From positions 1,140,001 through 1,172,000 of the forward strand of contig CP002278.1 in the NCBI GenBank assembly GCA_000166095.1: a stretch of DNA of 32,000 nucleotides. The letters are read 5' to 3'. Below the pieces are notes generated by a model. That model was not told where the DNA came from. It searched no databases and worked only from the letters and a program-made list of their open reading frames with translations. How positions within the stretch are numbered: position 1 is the first letter of the stretch; every line of letters begins with the position of its first letter. Made by a program: the position numbers and the translations under genes. This document shows, piece after piece, positions 17,727 to 27,084 of the stretch. Source of the DNA: Methanothermus fervidus DSM 2088 (GTDB taxonomy: Archaea > Methanobacteriota > Methanobacteria > DSM-2088 > Methanothermaceae).

Positions 17727-18908
17727 TCACCTAAACATCTTATTATATATTAGGGCCTGTATACCATAATTTTTTACCATACCTGCAATTTCTCTTTGAT
17801 CTATGGCCTTTTCATCAAACGATACCATTTCTTTTCTATAGAGAGCATATGGAGAATCCCTAGCAACGACCCTAATACTTCCTTTATGAAGTTTTAATGT
17901 TACTGACCCTGTAACTCTTCTTTGCATATGGTCTATCATCTTATCTAAATCTTCTCTCAGAGGTTCATGCCATAAACCATTGTATATAAGCTCAGCATAT
18001 TTTTCAGATATTATGTTACAAAATTTTAATTCCTCTCGAGTTAAAGTAAGTTGCTCCAATGATTTATGTGCAGTAATAAGTAAAGATGCTGCAGGTGCTT
18101 CATATATTTCTCTACTTTTAATTCCAATTATTCTATCCTCTACAATGTCAATTCTACCTATTCCATGTCTACCTGCTATTTCATTAGCTTTTTTAACGAT
18201 TTCTACAGGTTCCAAGTTTTTTTGATTTATAGAAACTGGAACTCCTGAATCAAATTCTATCTCCACATTTTCAGGTTCTTCAGGTGCATCATGGATAGAA
18301 TTTGTCCACATAAATACATCTTCAGGTGGCTCTACATCTGGATTTTCTAAAATATTTCCTTCAATTGATCTACCCCATATATTCTCGTCAATACTGTATT
18401 TTTTTCCTGAAGGTATTTCGATCCCATGTTCTTTAGCATATTTAATCTCTTCTTCTCTTGTTAAATTTAGATCACGTATTGGAGCAACTATTTTACAATC
18501 TGAAATTGCTCTTATTGTAGATTCGAATCTGAATTGGTCATTTCCTTTGCCTGTACATCCATGGGCAATTACATCAGCTTTTTCTTTTTCTGCTATTTCA
18601 ACAACCTTTTTTGCTATTAATGGCCTAGCTAACGCTGTACTAAGTGGATAACCTTCATAAATAGCATTTGCCTTTATAGCTCTGTAAACATACTCTTCAA
18701 CAAACTCATCTTTAGCATCTATAGTGTAGTGTTTGTAACTATATTTTTTTGCTATAGTTTCGGCCTGTTTAATATCTTCTTTATCTTGTCCCACATCTAC
18801 GCACGCAGTTATAACATTCATATTATATTTCTCTTCTAACAATTTTATACATACTGTAGTATCAAGTCCTCCACTAAATGCAAGAACAGCTTTATTCAAC
18901 TTTATCAC
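17727..18908 (-). CDS. argG: argininosuccinate synthase
   Basis: N-terminal [13 protein letters not shown]-pyrophosphatase motif, then [14 protein letters not shown]. Confidence 0.95.
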   Translation of the reverse strand: MIKLNKAVLAFSGGLDTTVCIKLLEEKYNMNVITACVDVGQDKEDIKQAETIAKKYSYKHYTIDAKDEFVEEYVYRAIKANAIYEGYPLSTALARPLIAKKVVEIAEKEKADVIAHGCTGKGNDQFRFESTIRAISDCKIVAPIRDLNLTREEEIKYAKEHGIEIPSGKKYSIDENIWGRSIEGNILENPDVEPPEDVFMWTNSIHDAPEEPENVEIEFDSGVPVSINQKNLEPVEIVKKANEIAGRHGIGRIDIVEDRIIGIKSREIYEAPAASLLITAHKSLEQLTLTREELKFCNIISEKYAELIYNGLWHEPLREDLDKMIDHMQRRVTGSVTLKLHKGSIRVVARDSPYALYRKEMVSFDEKAIDQREIAGMVKNYGIQALIYNKMFR

Positions 18909-18958
18909 CTATTTTTTCACTTACAAGTAATCATATATAATTTTTTGGAGAGGAAATA

Positions 18959-19684
18959 ATGACTCCAAAAATACACATAATTTGTAAGGATAGTGGTGGT
19001 GATATAACAAGAAATCCATACATAAATAAGTTTCTCAAAAATGAGAAATTAGTATATTATGCCAAAAAAGGAACACCTGTTGTTAAATTAGGTAGTGGAA
19101 GTCCCAAAGTAATGGTAACTGCCGGAGTCCATGGAGATGAACTCCCTCCACAACTAGCAGCTGTTAGATTAATTGAATTCTTAAAAAATTGTAAATTGGA
19201 TGGCACCGTTTATGTAATACCATTTGTAGCTCCAAAATCAACAATGGAAAATGTTAGAAATTTAAGAGGTAAGGATTTAAATAGACTTTCCCACTGTGAG
19301 GGTACAATAACAAATCATGTTCTCAATTTTGCACTTTCACATGCAGATGCTTTAGCAGACTTCCATTCAACCGAGATAGGAGGAAACCCTGGAGAAGAAA
19401 GCGTGTTCTGCTCTAAAAATCCTTGTATGGATAGTTTTATTTTAGGATCTTTTATAGCTCAAAAAATTTCAGCTAAATTAATATGTCATGAGAAAGCTGG
19501 AGAGAAATATCGTGGTGCATTAGAAGATGAATGTAATTTGCGTTATCTTCCAGCTGTAACATGTGAAGTTGTGAGTAAGAAAGGAAAGGCTGATGAAAAA
19601 AGTATAAGAAGGTCTTTCCTCCAAATGATAATTGTCCTCAGTTATTTTAATATAATTAAGGAGGATTTGGTTGCCATCATATAA
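18959..19684 (+). CDS. succinylglutamate desuccinylase/aspartoacylase (M14-like zinc deacylase) family protein
   Basis: Zinc-ligand context VTAGVHGDELPP and a downstream DFHS histidine, typical of the AstE/AspA branch of the M14-like fold. Confidence 0.65.
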   Translation: MTPKIHIICKDSGGDITRNPYINKFLKNEKLVYYAKKGTPVVKLGSGSPKVMVTAGVHGDELPPQLAAVRLIEFLKNCKLDGTVYVIPFVAPKSTMENVRNLRGKDLNRLSHCEGTITNHVLNFALSHADALADFHSTEIGGNPGEESVFCSKNPCMDSFILGSFIAQKISAKLICHEKAGEKYRGALEDECNLRYLPAVTCEVVSKKGKADEKSIRRSFLQMIIVLSYFNIIKEDLVAII

Positions 19685-20327
19685 AAAACATGTGATTTTC
19701 TCTTTTATAATGATATTGCCTTTTATAAATTCTCCCATAACTCCATTTTTCGCTATAATAGGTAGCATGTTACCTGACTTAGATCATGTCGTGAAAAAGA
19801 AAAAAACAATATCCATAATAATAGTAGGATTGTTGTTTTTGACATTATCTTATTTTTATAAAAAATTAATTTTTATTAGCTGTTCTTTATTATCTTTAGG
19901 TTTATTTTTCTATTTTTCTAAACATAGAGGCATTAGTCATTCCCTATTTGGTACAATCTTTATCCCTACACTTTTAACAATTTTTATTTTTTATGTCCAG
20001 AATTTTTTCCAACATAAAATTGCAAATATTTTAGTTTTATTATTTTTAGTAGCAATTGTCTTTAAATTAAGGTTTCTACCATTTTTTGCTTTGTACCTTT
20101 TTTTATTTGAAAAATCATGTTTAAATCTTACCTTTATGGATATATTCTTGCCATTAAGTATTGGTTACTTAAGCCACATAATTCTTGATGGATTTACGCC
20201 CCATGGCATTAAATTCTTATATCCTTTAAGTAAAAAAAGATTTAAAAAAGGATTATCTATAATATTGTTAATTTTGTGGATAGTTTATTCCTATAAGCTA
20301 CTCCTTACGAAGTTTCCTGCTTCATAG
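19671..20327 (+). CDS. membrane-bound metal-dependent hydrolase (DUF457/YdjM-like)
   Basis: Polytopic membrane protein with N-terminal HxxxS, LPDLDH, RGISHS and HIILDGFTPHG histidine-rich motifs. The TTG start overlaps the upstream gene by 14 nt. Confidence 0.6.
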   Translation: MPSYKKHVIFSFIMILPFINSPITPFFAIIGSMLPDLDHVVKKKKTISIIIVGLLFLTLSYFYKKLIFISCSLLSLGLFFYFSKHRGISHSLFGTIFIPTLLTIFIFYVQNFFQHKIANILVLLFLVAIVFKLRFLPFFALYLFLFEKSCLNLTFMDIFLPLSIGYLSHIILDGFTPHGIKFLYPLSKKRFKKGLSIILLILWIVYSYKLLLTKFPAS

Positions 20328-20583
20328 GGAAAACTTACTTGGGGTATATCTCTATATGAAATAGTCCCGAGTAGAGGTTTTCTCTCAGGCAGGCTATCAG
20401 GACTGTTCCTCCTATTTTAGAATCCTACACGCTGATATATAATCCTCTAACTTATTTCCATAGTTTAATCCTGACGTGGATTAACTTTCCCAAATACAGC
20501 TTTTTCAGCTTTTATTAGTAAGTGAAGAAATTTATTATAAATACTTTTCAACTCTCTTTACATAGATACTTCCAGTAATAGAG
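20328..20583. other. unassigned convergent intergenic region with repeats and hairpins (candidate ncRNA or long 3' UTR)
   Basis: At 256 bp this is the largest non-coding gap in the window. It is locally G/C-enriched (25 of 50 nt in 20361-20410). AATCCT occurs three times and there is a 7-bp hairpin at 20465-20484. See findings. Confidence 0.3.
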
Positions 20584-21240
20584 TTAAAATTTCTTACCTT
20601 CAACTCTTTTAATATCAAAACTTGCTGTATCGGCTACTGCCATTACTGCCATCACGCCTGCCTGAATAGGATCTGTTACAACAAGATCGGCTTTTTTTGT
20701 AACGCTTCCTGGCATGCTAAGTGTTATAACAATTATTCCATGTTCTTTTTTAATCTTTTCAACAGCTTTAGTTATTTTACCACCCATCAATGACCCTGCT
20801 AAGACAAGCGCAGCTACGCGGGGAAGTCTACCTACAGCTAGAACTGCTTCAGCTAATTCCTCTTCACCAACCAAAGGTATTGTATCAACACTTATTCTTT
20901 CTCCACGGATATTATGTCTGTCAGCTTCACTGATTGCACCTGCTGCAACCTGAGCTACTTGAGCTCCACCACCAATTACTATAACTCTTTTTCCATAAAT
21001 TTCATCCAACGAGCGATGCTTTGTAACATCTAAAACAACTTCAGATTCCTTAAGCTCATTTATAAGTTTATCAGGATCTGTAACGTTTTCCAATTCTAAA
21101 TATATTTTCCCATGTTTGTTTTTTAATACATGAATGTTTGCATATGTGATATTTATACCATTTTTCACTAGTATTTCAGTTATTTTATTCAAGACTCCTG
21201 GCCGATCAACTGTTTTAACCGTAATTGCAAGATTCTTCAT
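20584..21240 (-). CDS. ACT-domain protein with uncharacterised C-terminal domain
   Basis: The N-terminal ACT fold pattern ([28 protein letters not shown]) is followed by a Gly/Ala-rich alpha/beta domain ([17 protein letters not shown]). The start is ATG 21240 or GTG 21249. The gene lies 9-18 nt downstream of the RNR stop. Confidence 0.6.
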   Translation of the reverse strand: MKNLAITVKTVDRPGVLNKITEILVKNGINITYANIHVLKNKHGKIYLELENVTDPDKLINELKESEVVLDVTKHRSLDEIYGKRVIVIGGGAQVAQVAAGAISEADRHNIRGERISVDTIPLVGEEELAEAVLAVGRLPRVAALVLAGSLMGGKITKAVEKIKKEHGIIVITLSMPGSVTKKADLVVTDPIQAGVMAVMAVADTASFDIKRVEGKKF

Positions 21241-21258
21241 ACTTATCACTTCTTCTAT

Positions 21259-23628
21259 TTAACTTGGACAAGTTGTATCTGTACATGCACCTGCATATTC
21301 TGATTTTGCTACTATATATCGATCTGCATTTAATTTTAGCACCTGTTCTCGTTTACTACCGTATCTATAAACGGTTATACCTTTACATCCTAATTTGTAG
21401 GCAGTCAAGAAAACTCTTTCAACGTCTTTTGGCTTAGCATCTTTGGGGAGATTAACAGTCTTTGATACTGCATTATCCACATACTTTTGAAATGCTGCCT
21501 GCATTTTAACATGCCAAATTGGATCAATATCATGACTTGTAACAAATAAACGCCTAATATCCTCTGGTATTTCATCAAAATCCTGTATAGATCCTTTCTT
21601 TGCAATTTTTTTCATTAAATCCAATGAATAAAAGCCTCTTTCTTTTGCAATTTTTTCAAATAATGGATGAATTTCAAGAAGTACAGTGCCTTCCATGACT
21701 TCTCTTATAAATGCTATTGCAAATATTGGTTCTATACTACTACTAACGTTTGCTATTATACTTAAGGTTCCTGTAGGTGCAATTGTAGTTGTAGTTGCAT
21801 TTCTCATGTGTTCATACCCTTCTTTTTCCCACTTACTACCTTTAAATGAGGGAAATGATCCTCTTTCTTCACCAAGTTCTACAGATTTTTTTCTAGCTTC
21901 CTTACTTATAAAATTCATGAGTTTTTCTGCAATTTGAAGAGCTTTTGGAGAATCGTATGGAATTCCTAATTTTATAAGCATGTCTGCAAATCCCATAACC
22001 CCTAAACCAACTTTACGTGTCTTTTTTGTCATTTTTTCAATTTCTTTAGTTGGATATTTATTTACATCAATTACATTGTCTAAAAAATGAATTGCAATCC
22101 TTGTAATTCTTCTAAGTTTTTTCCAATCTATTTTTTTATTTTTTACAATTTTAGTAAGATTTATAGATCCTAAATTACAGGATTCATATGGTAATAATGG
22201 TTGTTCGCCACAATTATGCACATAAAAACCATTTGCATCAAAAGCATTTATTCCAGGTATTTGCGTATCATACACAGTTTCAATTCCATCAAATTCTATT
22301 TTTTTAACAGTTGATGTAAATTCTGTATTATCATCTTCTATAATTAATTTTTCTTTTTTAATTTTTGAAAACACTCCTAATCTAAGTAACATACGTTGTA
22401 ATATCTTCAATTTTTCATAGTTGAGATCATCATAATCTAGCTTATTGATAAATTCTAAATAAGATTTTTTCGATGCTATTTCAGCTTCTTCATCTAAACA
22501 TGAAATATTTTTTGATATTCCTTTCCAATTATAACCTCTGTGATTGTTCATAACTAGTTTGTCACCAGGTTTTAATTCATGAACTCTTACCCATTCAAAC
22601 CCATTTTTATTCTTTTTTAAAACCATATGATCCTCAGTTGCACGTAGTTCAAATCCTTCTTTTGTAATAATTTTATAAACAGGTTTAACACCTGTTGGGA
22701 AAAATCCAGTTTCAGATATATATTCTTTTCCATTTACAACAGCTATAAATTTGGTATTTATTAGATTTTTAACTTTTCTAGGGCCTTTTGATGTCATAAC
22801 CCAAGTATCTGCAGTGACACAAGGGTTCGTAGCTTCTATTTTTCCCAAATGTGGTGTTGGATTATGTTTATTTATATGGTCCAGAAATATCATTCCAGGA
22901 TCTCCATGGGACCAAGCCATTTTCACTATCTTCCTAAAAATATTTCTTGCTTTAACTTTTTTTACAACTTTTTTATTCCTTGGATTTATTAATTCGTATT
23001 CTTTGTTTTTTATTACAGCGTCCATGAATTTTTCATCTGCTGCCACGGAAATGTTAAAATTAGAAAATTTTCCTTCTACTTTTTTTGATTCTATAAACTC
23101 TTCAATATCAGGATGATCATATCGAAGTACACCCATGTTTGCCCCGCGTCTTCTACCACCTTGTTTTATAACATCTGTTGCTACATCAAATATTCTCATA
23201 AAAGATACAGGTCCTGAAGCTACTCCCCCAGTAGATGCAACTACATCTCCCTTTGGTCTTAATTTAGAAAAAGAAAATCCTACACCGCCTCCAGATTTAT
23301 GAATTAATGCCATGTATTTCAATGCATCAAATATTTCTTCAATAGAATCTCCAACAGGCAATACAAAACAAGCAGATAATTGACCTATTGCCGTTCCAGC
23401 ATTCATAAGCGTTGGTGAATTAGGTAAAAATTCAAAATTTTTCATTATATTATAAAATTTTTCTTCAGTTTCTGAAATATCTTTTTCACCATATATGGTG
23501 TCAGCTTTAGCTACATGGTGAGCTACTCTTCTAAACATTTCTTTAGGAGTCTCTATTACTTCCCCTTTTTCGTTCCGCCGTAAATATCTCCTTTTTAAAA
23601 CTTCTAATGCATTTTTACTTAGTTTCAT
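21259..23628 (-). CDS. nrdJ: adenosylcobalamin-dependent (class II) ribonucleotide reductase, intein-containing precursor
   Basis: RNR motifs [18 protein letters not shown] and [13 protein letters not shown]. The catalytic ATNPC..GEQPL motif is interrupted by 203 aa. The C-terminal Cys pair is ..[10 protein letters not shown]. Confidence 0.9.
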   Translation of the reverse strand: MKLSKNALEVLKRRYLRRNEKGEVIETPKEMFRRVAHHVAKADTIYGEKDISETEEKFYNIMKNFEFLPNSPTLMNAGTAIGQLSACFVLPVGDSIEEIFDALKYMALIHKSGGGVGFSFSKLRPKGDVVASTGGVASGPVSFMRIFDVATDVIKQGGRRRGANMGVLRYDHPDIEEFIESKKVEGKFSNFNISVAADEKFMDAVIKNKEYELINPRNKKVVKKVKARNIFRKIVKMAWSHGDPGMIFLDHINKHNPTPHLGKIEATNPCVTADTWVMTSKGPRKVKNLINTKFIAVVNGKEYISETGFFPTGVKPVYKIITKEGFELRATEDHMVLKKNKNGFEWVRVHELKPGDKLVMNNHRGYNWKGISKNISCLDEEAEIASKKSYLEFINKLDYDDLNYEKLKILQRMLLRLGVFSKIKKEKLIIEDDNTEFTSTVKKIEFDGIETVYDTQIPGINAFDANGFYVHNCGEQPLLPYESCNLGSINLTKIVKNKKIDWKKLRRITRIAIHFLDNVIDVNKYPTKEIEKMTKKTRKVGLGVMGFADMLIKLGIPYDSPKALQIAEKLMNFISKEARKKSVELGEERGSFPSFKGSKWEKEGYEHMRNATTTTIAPTGTLSIIANVSSSIEPIFAIAFIREVMEGTVLLEIHPLFEKIAKERGFYSLDLMKKIAKKGSIQDFDEIPEDIRRLFVTSHDIDPIWHVKMQAAFQKYVDNAVSKTVNLPKDAKPKDVERVFLTAYKLGCKGITVYRYGSKREQVLKLNADRYIVAKSEYAGACTDTTCPS
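22213..22821 (-). mobile_element. intein (203 aa) inserted at the catalytic-cysteine site of the RNR
   Basis: It begins with Cys ([10 protein letters not shown]; TGT at 22819-22821). Block B is LRATEDH (TxxH). The terminal blocks are [21 protein letters not shown], and the +1 residue is Cys (TGT at 22210-22212). Removing it restores ATNP-CGEQPL. Confidence 0.9.
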
Positions 23629-24358
23629 TTTTATCCATTCTAATCAGGTGTTTTATATCATTTATAATATCATTTAAAGCAATATTTAATAATTTTCTTC
23701 CAAGTTTAGGATTTATTTTTACTCCTTCTTTCTCTACAATTTTAGCTCCCTCATCTATTTTTTTATTTAATTTTCTAGCAGATTTTAAACCAACCATGCC
23801 AATTTCTGGATATTTTTTAAAATCAATTTCATTCATTCTTTCTACATCTGCTATTCCTATAACATAGCCTAGTGAAGTTTCCCCACTACCTGCATGGGGA
23901 CCTTCTATCTCCACAATTTTATTGTTCATTACGATTTTCATACCTGTTTCTCTCTCTATTACATTTATATGTTTTTTGAGTGGTAAATTTCCTCCATGTG
24001 CATTTACAATGACAGATTTATCTATCCCAATATATTTGTTTGCTAATTTCATGATAGAAACAATATTTTCAATCAAATCTTTCACTGATACGTGTATACC
24101 ATGCTTTACATATGGATATTCTGTTGCTGGATAAACAGTGCCAATAAATTTAGCTCCTGTTTTTATACTTGCATTTAAAGCTAAATATGAAGCTATTTTG
24201 ATATCTGTATCTATTGGTAATACAGGGCCATGATTTTCAAGATATGAACCAAGTGCCAATACACCTACACTATGTACTTTAGGTGATATGATATTCCCTG
24301 CATCATAATTTAGCTTCAGCTTTGTATCCCTTTCAGCTTTTATAAATCTAGATTCCAT
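23615..24358 (-). CDS. arfB: creatininase-fold amidohydrolase, probably FAPy deformylase (ArfB)
   Basis: Creatininase-family motif LALGSYLENHGPVLPIDTD and the later NAHGGN. Archaeal members of this size are annotated as the riboflavin/F420-pathway deformylase. It overlaps the RNR start by 14 nt. Confidence 0.55.
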   Translation of the reverse strand: MESRFIKAERDTKLKLNYDAGNIISPKVHSVGVLALGSYLENHGPVLPIDTDIKIASYLALNASIKTGAKFIGTVYPATEYPYVKHGIHVSVKDLIENIVSIMKLANKYIGIDKSVIVNAHGGNLPLKKHINVIERETGMKIVMNNKIVEIEGPHAGSGETSLGYVIGIADVERMNEIDFKKYPEIGMVGLKSARKLNKKIDEGAKIVEKEGVKINPKLGRKLLNIALNDIINDIKHLIRMDKNETK

Positions 24359-24819
24359 ACCTTATCTCCTACATAATGTATGTTTTTTACGGCCCTACCA
24401 CGCTCCCTTTTTGTCATTTCATCGCCATCAATCAATGCAAACCCAATAGCTAGTGGTTTCCCATGTTTTTCATCTATTACTACTGTAATGTCTCCTTTTT
24501 TTATCTTAGAATCAGCTTTAACTATTCCGGGACACATTACGTCTGCACCATTTGATATATACTTTATAGCCCCCATATCAACAATTACTTTCTTTTTAGG
24601 TTTGATATTTGTTTTAATTATTGCCTTAAGAGTAGGGATAATTTTTTCATTGTATAATATTGCAAAAGGCTCTTTATTCACCAAAATTAATGGAAATTCA
24701 GTGGTATATGCTATCTCGACATTTGAATCTTCTGAAATTATTTCTGAGTATTCATCTAGCTTATCTTTAATTTTTTTTATTTCCTTCTTCTTAAGAAAGT
24801 GTCTTTTTTTAACTTTCAT
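24340..24819 (-). CDS. PUA-domain RNA-binding protein (MCT-1/Tma20-like)
   Basis: A ~160 aa protein with a C-terminal PUA pattern (GADVMCPGIV...GDITVVIDEKHGKPLAIGFAL). It overlaps the downstream gene by 19 nt. Confidence 0.65.
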   Translation of the reverse strand: MKVKKRHFLKKKEIKKIKDKLDEYSEIISEDSNVEIAYTTEFPLILVNKEPFAILYNEKIIPTLKAIIKTNIKPKKKVIVDMGAIKYISNGADVMCPGIVKADSKIKKGDITVVIDEKHGKPLAIGFALIDGDEMTKRERGRAVKNIHYVGDKVWNLDL

Positions 24820-24875
24820 TTAATTAATCAGTATTAACGAATTTAATTATAAAAATTTACGGATGGTGATGAAAA

Positions 24876-25721
24876 ATGATAACAGGGAAAACTAAGGTCG
24901 TTGGTGTAATAGGTGATCCTGTGGAACACAGTCTTTCTCCAGTCATGCACAATGCAGCATTTGAATATTACGGTTTAGATTATGTATATGTACCATTTCA
25001 TGTGAAAAAGGAAAATTTAAAAGATGCAATAAAAGGAAGTAAAGCATTAAATATAAAAGGTTTAAATGTAACGATACCTCACAAGAGAAATGTGATAAAA
25101 TATCTAGATTGGATTGATGACGCTGCAAAACTTATTGGTGCGATAAATACAATAAAATTTGAAGATGATGGTATTAAAGGATTTAATACTGACGGTAAAG
25201 GTGCAGTAATGGCTCTAAAAGAAGTAACAGAAATAAAAAATAAAAAAATATTAATACTGGGTGCGGGAGGAGCTGCAAGAGCTGTAGCATTCCAATTAGC
25301 ATTAGAAGGGGCTAAAAATATATGTATATTAAATAGGACTGTAGAAAAGGCTGAAGAGCTGGCAAAAGATATAAATAAAAAAACAGGTGTTAAAACAAAC
25401 AGTGGCAGCCTTGAATTAATTGAAAAAGAAATCAAAGATACTGATATATTAATTGATGCAACACCAGTTGGGATGTATCCAAACGTTAATCAGGAACCAT
25501 TAGTAAAAGCTGAAATGATGCATGAGAATTTAATTGTGAATGATCTTGTTTACAACCCAATTAAAACAACTTTACTAAAAGAAGCAGAAAAAGCAGGGGC
25601 AAAAACAATTTCTGGCGTTGAAATGTTGGTATACCAAGGTGCAGAGGCATTTAAAATATGGACTGGAATGGAAGCACCAATCGATGTTATGAGACAGTCA
25701 GTTTTAAAGGAATTAAAATGA
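24876..25721 (+). CDS. aroE: shikimate dehydrogenase
   Basis: SLSPVMHNAAF, NVTIPHK, NTDG and the GAGGAARAV Rossmann motif. Confidence 0.9.
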   Translation: MITGKTKVVGVIGDPVEHSLSPVMHNAAFEYYGLDYVYVPFHVKKENLKDAIKGSKALNIKGLNVTIPHKRNVIKYLDWIDDAAKLIGAINTIKFEDDGIKGFNTDGKGAVMALKEVTEIKNKKILILGAGGAARAVAFQLALEGAKNICILNRTVEKAEELAKDINKKTGVKTNSGSLELIEKEIKDTDILIDATPVGMYPNVNQEPLVKAEMMHENLIVNDLVYNPIKTTLLKEAEKAGAKTISGVEMLVYQGAEAFKIWTGMEAPIDVMRQSVLKELK

Positions 25722-25736
25722 AATTGAGGTGAATAT

Positions 25737-25898
25737 ATGAAAGTTTGTGAGTGGTGTATGTATTGTGGGGAATGTGCTGGTGTTTGTCCCAATAATGCCA
25801 TAGAAGTTTGTGAGTCCTCTTTAAGATTTGACAAGAAAAAATGTAATGAATGTGAATTTTGCATAAAAGTATGTCCTATAAATGCATTGTCAAGGTGA
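25737..25898 (+). CDS. 2x[4Fe-4S] ferredoxin (53 aa; absent from the supplied ORF track)
   Basis: My translation is MKVCEWCMYCGECAGVCPNNAIEVCESSLRFDKKKCNECEFCIKVCPINALSR*. It contains two CxxCxxCxxxCP motifs. The TGA lies at 25896-25898. Confidence 0.8.
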   Translation: MKVCEWCMYCGECAGVCPNNAIEVCESSLRFDKKKCNECEFCIKVCPINALSR

Positions 25899-25902
25899 TC
25901 TC

Positions 25903-27084
25903 ATGTTAAAAACTGATGTTTTAGTTGTAGGAGCTGGTCCAGCTGGATCTATAGCTGCAAGAAATGCTGCAGAGAATGGTGCTGAAGTTATTTTAATAGA
26001 TAAAATGTCAGAGATAGGTACACCAAAAAGATGTGCAGAAGGAATTTCTGCTGAAGGTTTAAAAAGAGTGAATATAAAACCAAAAAAAGCTTGGATTACA
26101 AATGAAATAACAGGTGTAAGATTAGTATCCCCCAATAATACAAGTGTGTGGCTTACAGCTGACAAAGTTAAATTTCCAGAGGCGGGATATATATTAGAAA
26201 GGAAAATTTTTGATAAATATTTGGCAATGGAGGCTGCTAGATCCGGTGCTAAAATAAAAGTTAAAACAATTGCTAGAGGCATTGATAAAAAAAATGATGA
26301 TATAATAGTTCATGCCTATTGCATGGATGAAAAAATAGATATAAAAACAAAAATAGTTATTGCAGCTGATGGTCCAGAATCTAGAGTTGCTAGATGGTTT
26401 GGTTTAAAAACTCACACAAAAGTCAAAGACATGATTTCAGCTGCTCAATTTGAAATGGTTAATGTAGATATAGATGACAGTAGTTGTATAGAATTTTATT
26501 TTGGTAATGTGGCACCTGGAGGCTATGCCTGGATATTTCCAAAATCTGATGACGTAGCAAATGTTGGGCTTGGAGTTTTAAATACAAAAACTAAGAAAAG
26601 TGCATATGAACATCTTTTAAGTTTTGTTAAGGAAAATCCTGCCACCAAAAATGCTCAACCTGTAGAATTTAATGTTGGTGGAGTTCCAGTTGCAGGAATG
26701 CATAAAAATTTGGTTGCTGATGGTTTAATGGTTGTTGGAGATGCTGCCGGACAGGTTAACCCCTTAACTGGGGGAGGTCTTGTAACAGGGATGGTAGGCG
26801 GAATGCTTGCAGGAAAAGTTGCTGCAGAAGCTATAGATAAAGATGATAATTCTGAAAAAATGTTAAAGAAGTATGAAGAGTTGTGTAAAAAAGAAATCGG
26901 AGAAGAAATAGATAAATATTTAAAAGTTAAAAATTATTTATTATCTTTAAGTGATGAGGAGTTAGATTCCATTGCTGAAGCATTTAAAGATATAGAATTT
27001 GATAAAGTAAGCACACGTGAACTTGTTAAAAAATTAATAAAGGTTTCTCCAAAGGCCTTAGTTAAACTTGGAAAACTAATTTAA
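25903..27084 (+). CDS. geranylgeranyl reductase family (digeranylgeranylglycerophospholipid reductase)
   Basis: FAD motif [11 protein letters not shown] and the later [19 protein letters not shown] 25903 is preceded by GGTGA (25893-25897). The track start at 25882 lies inside the ferredoxin gene. Confidence 0.85.
   Translation: MLKTDVLVVGAGPAGSIAARNAAENGAEVILIDKMSEIGTPKRCAEGISAEGLKRVNIKPKKAWITNEITGVRLVSPNNTSVWLTADKVKFPEAGYILERKIFDKYLAMEAARSGAKIKVKTIARGIDKKNDDIIVHAYCMDEKIDIKTKIVIAADGPESRVARWFGLKTHTKVKDMISAAQFEMVNVDIDDSSCIEFYFGNVAPGGYAWIFPKSDDVANVGLGVLNTKTKKSAYEHLLSFVKENPATKNAQPVEFNVGGVPVAGMHKNLVADGLMVVGDAAGQVNPLTGGGLVTGMVGGMLAGKVAAEAIDKDDNSEKMLKKYEELCKKEIGEEIDKYLKVKNYLLSLSDEELDSIAEAFKDIEFDKVSTRELVKKLIKVSPKALVKLGKLI

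Noticed and set aside
20400-20412. The minus-strand sequence GGAGGAACAGUCC resembles the RNase P RNA CR-I motif (GAGGAAAGUCC).
   Set aside because: It has one insertion relative to the motif, I could not find other conserved RNase P regions (CR-II to CR-V), and the available space (256 bp of weak stems) is too small and too AT-rich for a hyperthermophile type A RNase P RNA.
20325-20417. The frame stays open for 30 codons after the TAG stop of the DUF457 gene, raising the possibility of TAG read-through or pyrrolysine.
   Set aside because: Pyrrolysine decoding is restricted to Methanosarcinales, Methanomassiliicoccales and a few bacteria, and no pyl genes are expected in Methanobacteriales. 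A 30-codon open stretch in a locally G/C-richer segment is compatible with chance.
20328-20583. C/D-box or H/ACA guide sRNA in the intergenic region.
   Set aside because: CUGA boxes occur at 20432 and 20471, but no RUGAUGA C box lies at the required spacing. The ACA at 20496-98 is not preceded by a convincing pocket or K-turn hairpin. The region is kept only as an unexplained finding.
27081-27084. Palindromic TTAA shared by the convergent stop codons of GGR and the adenosine-kinase-family gene. An 18-nt convergent overlap of hisE and larB occurs at 31554-31571.
   Set aside because: This is a trivial consequence of genome compaction and gives no evidence of regulation.
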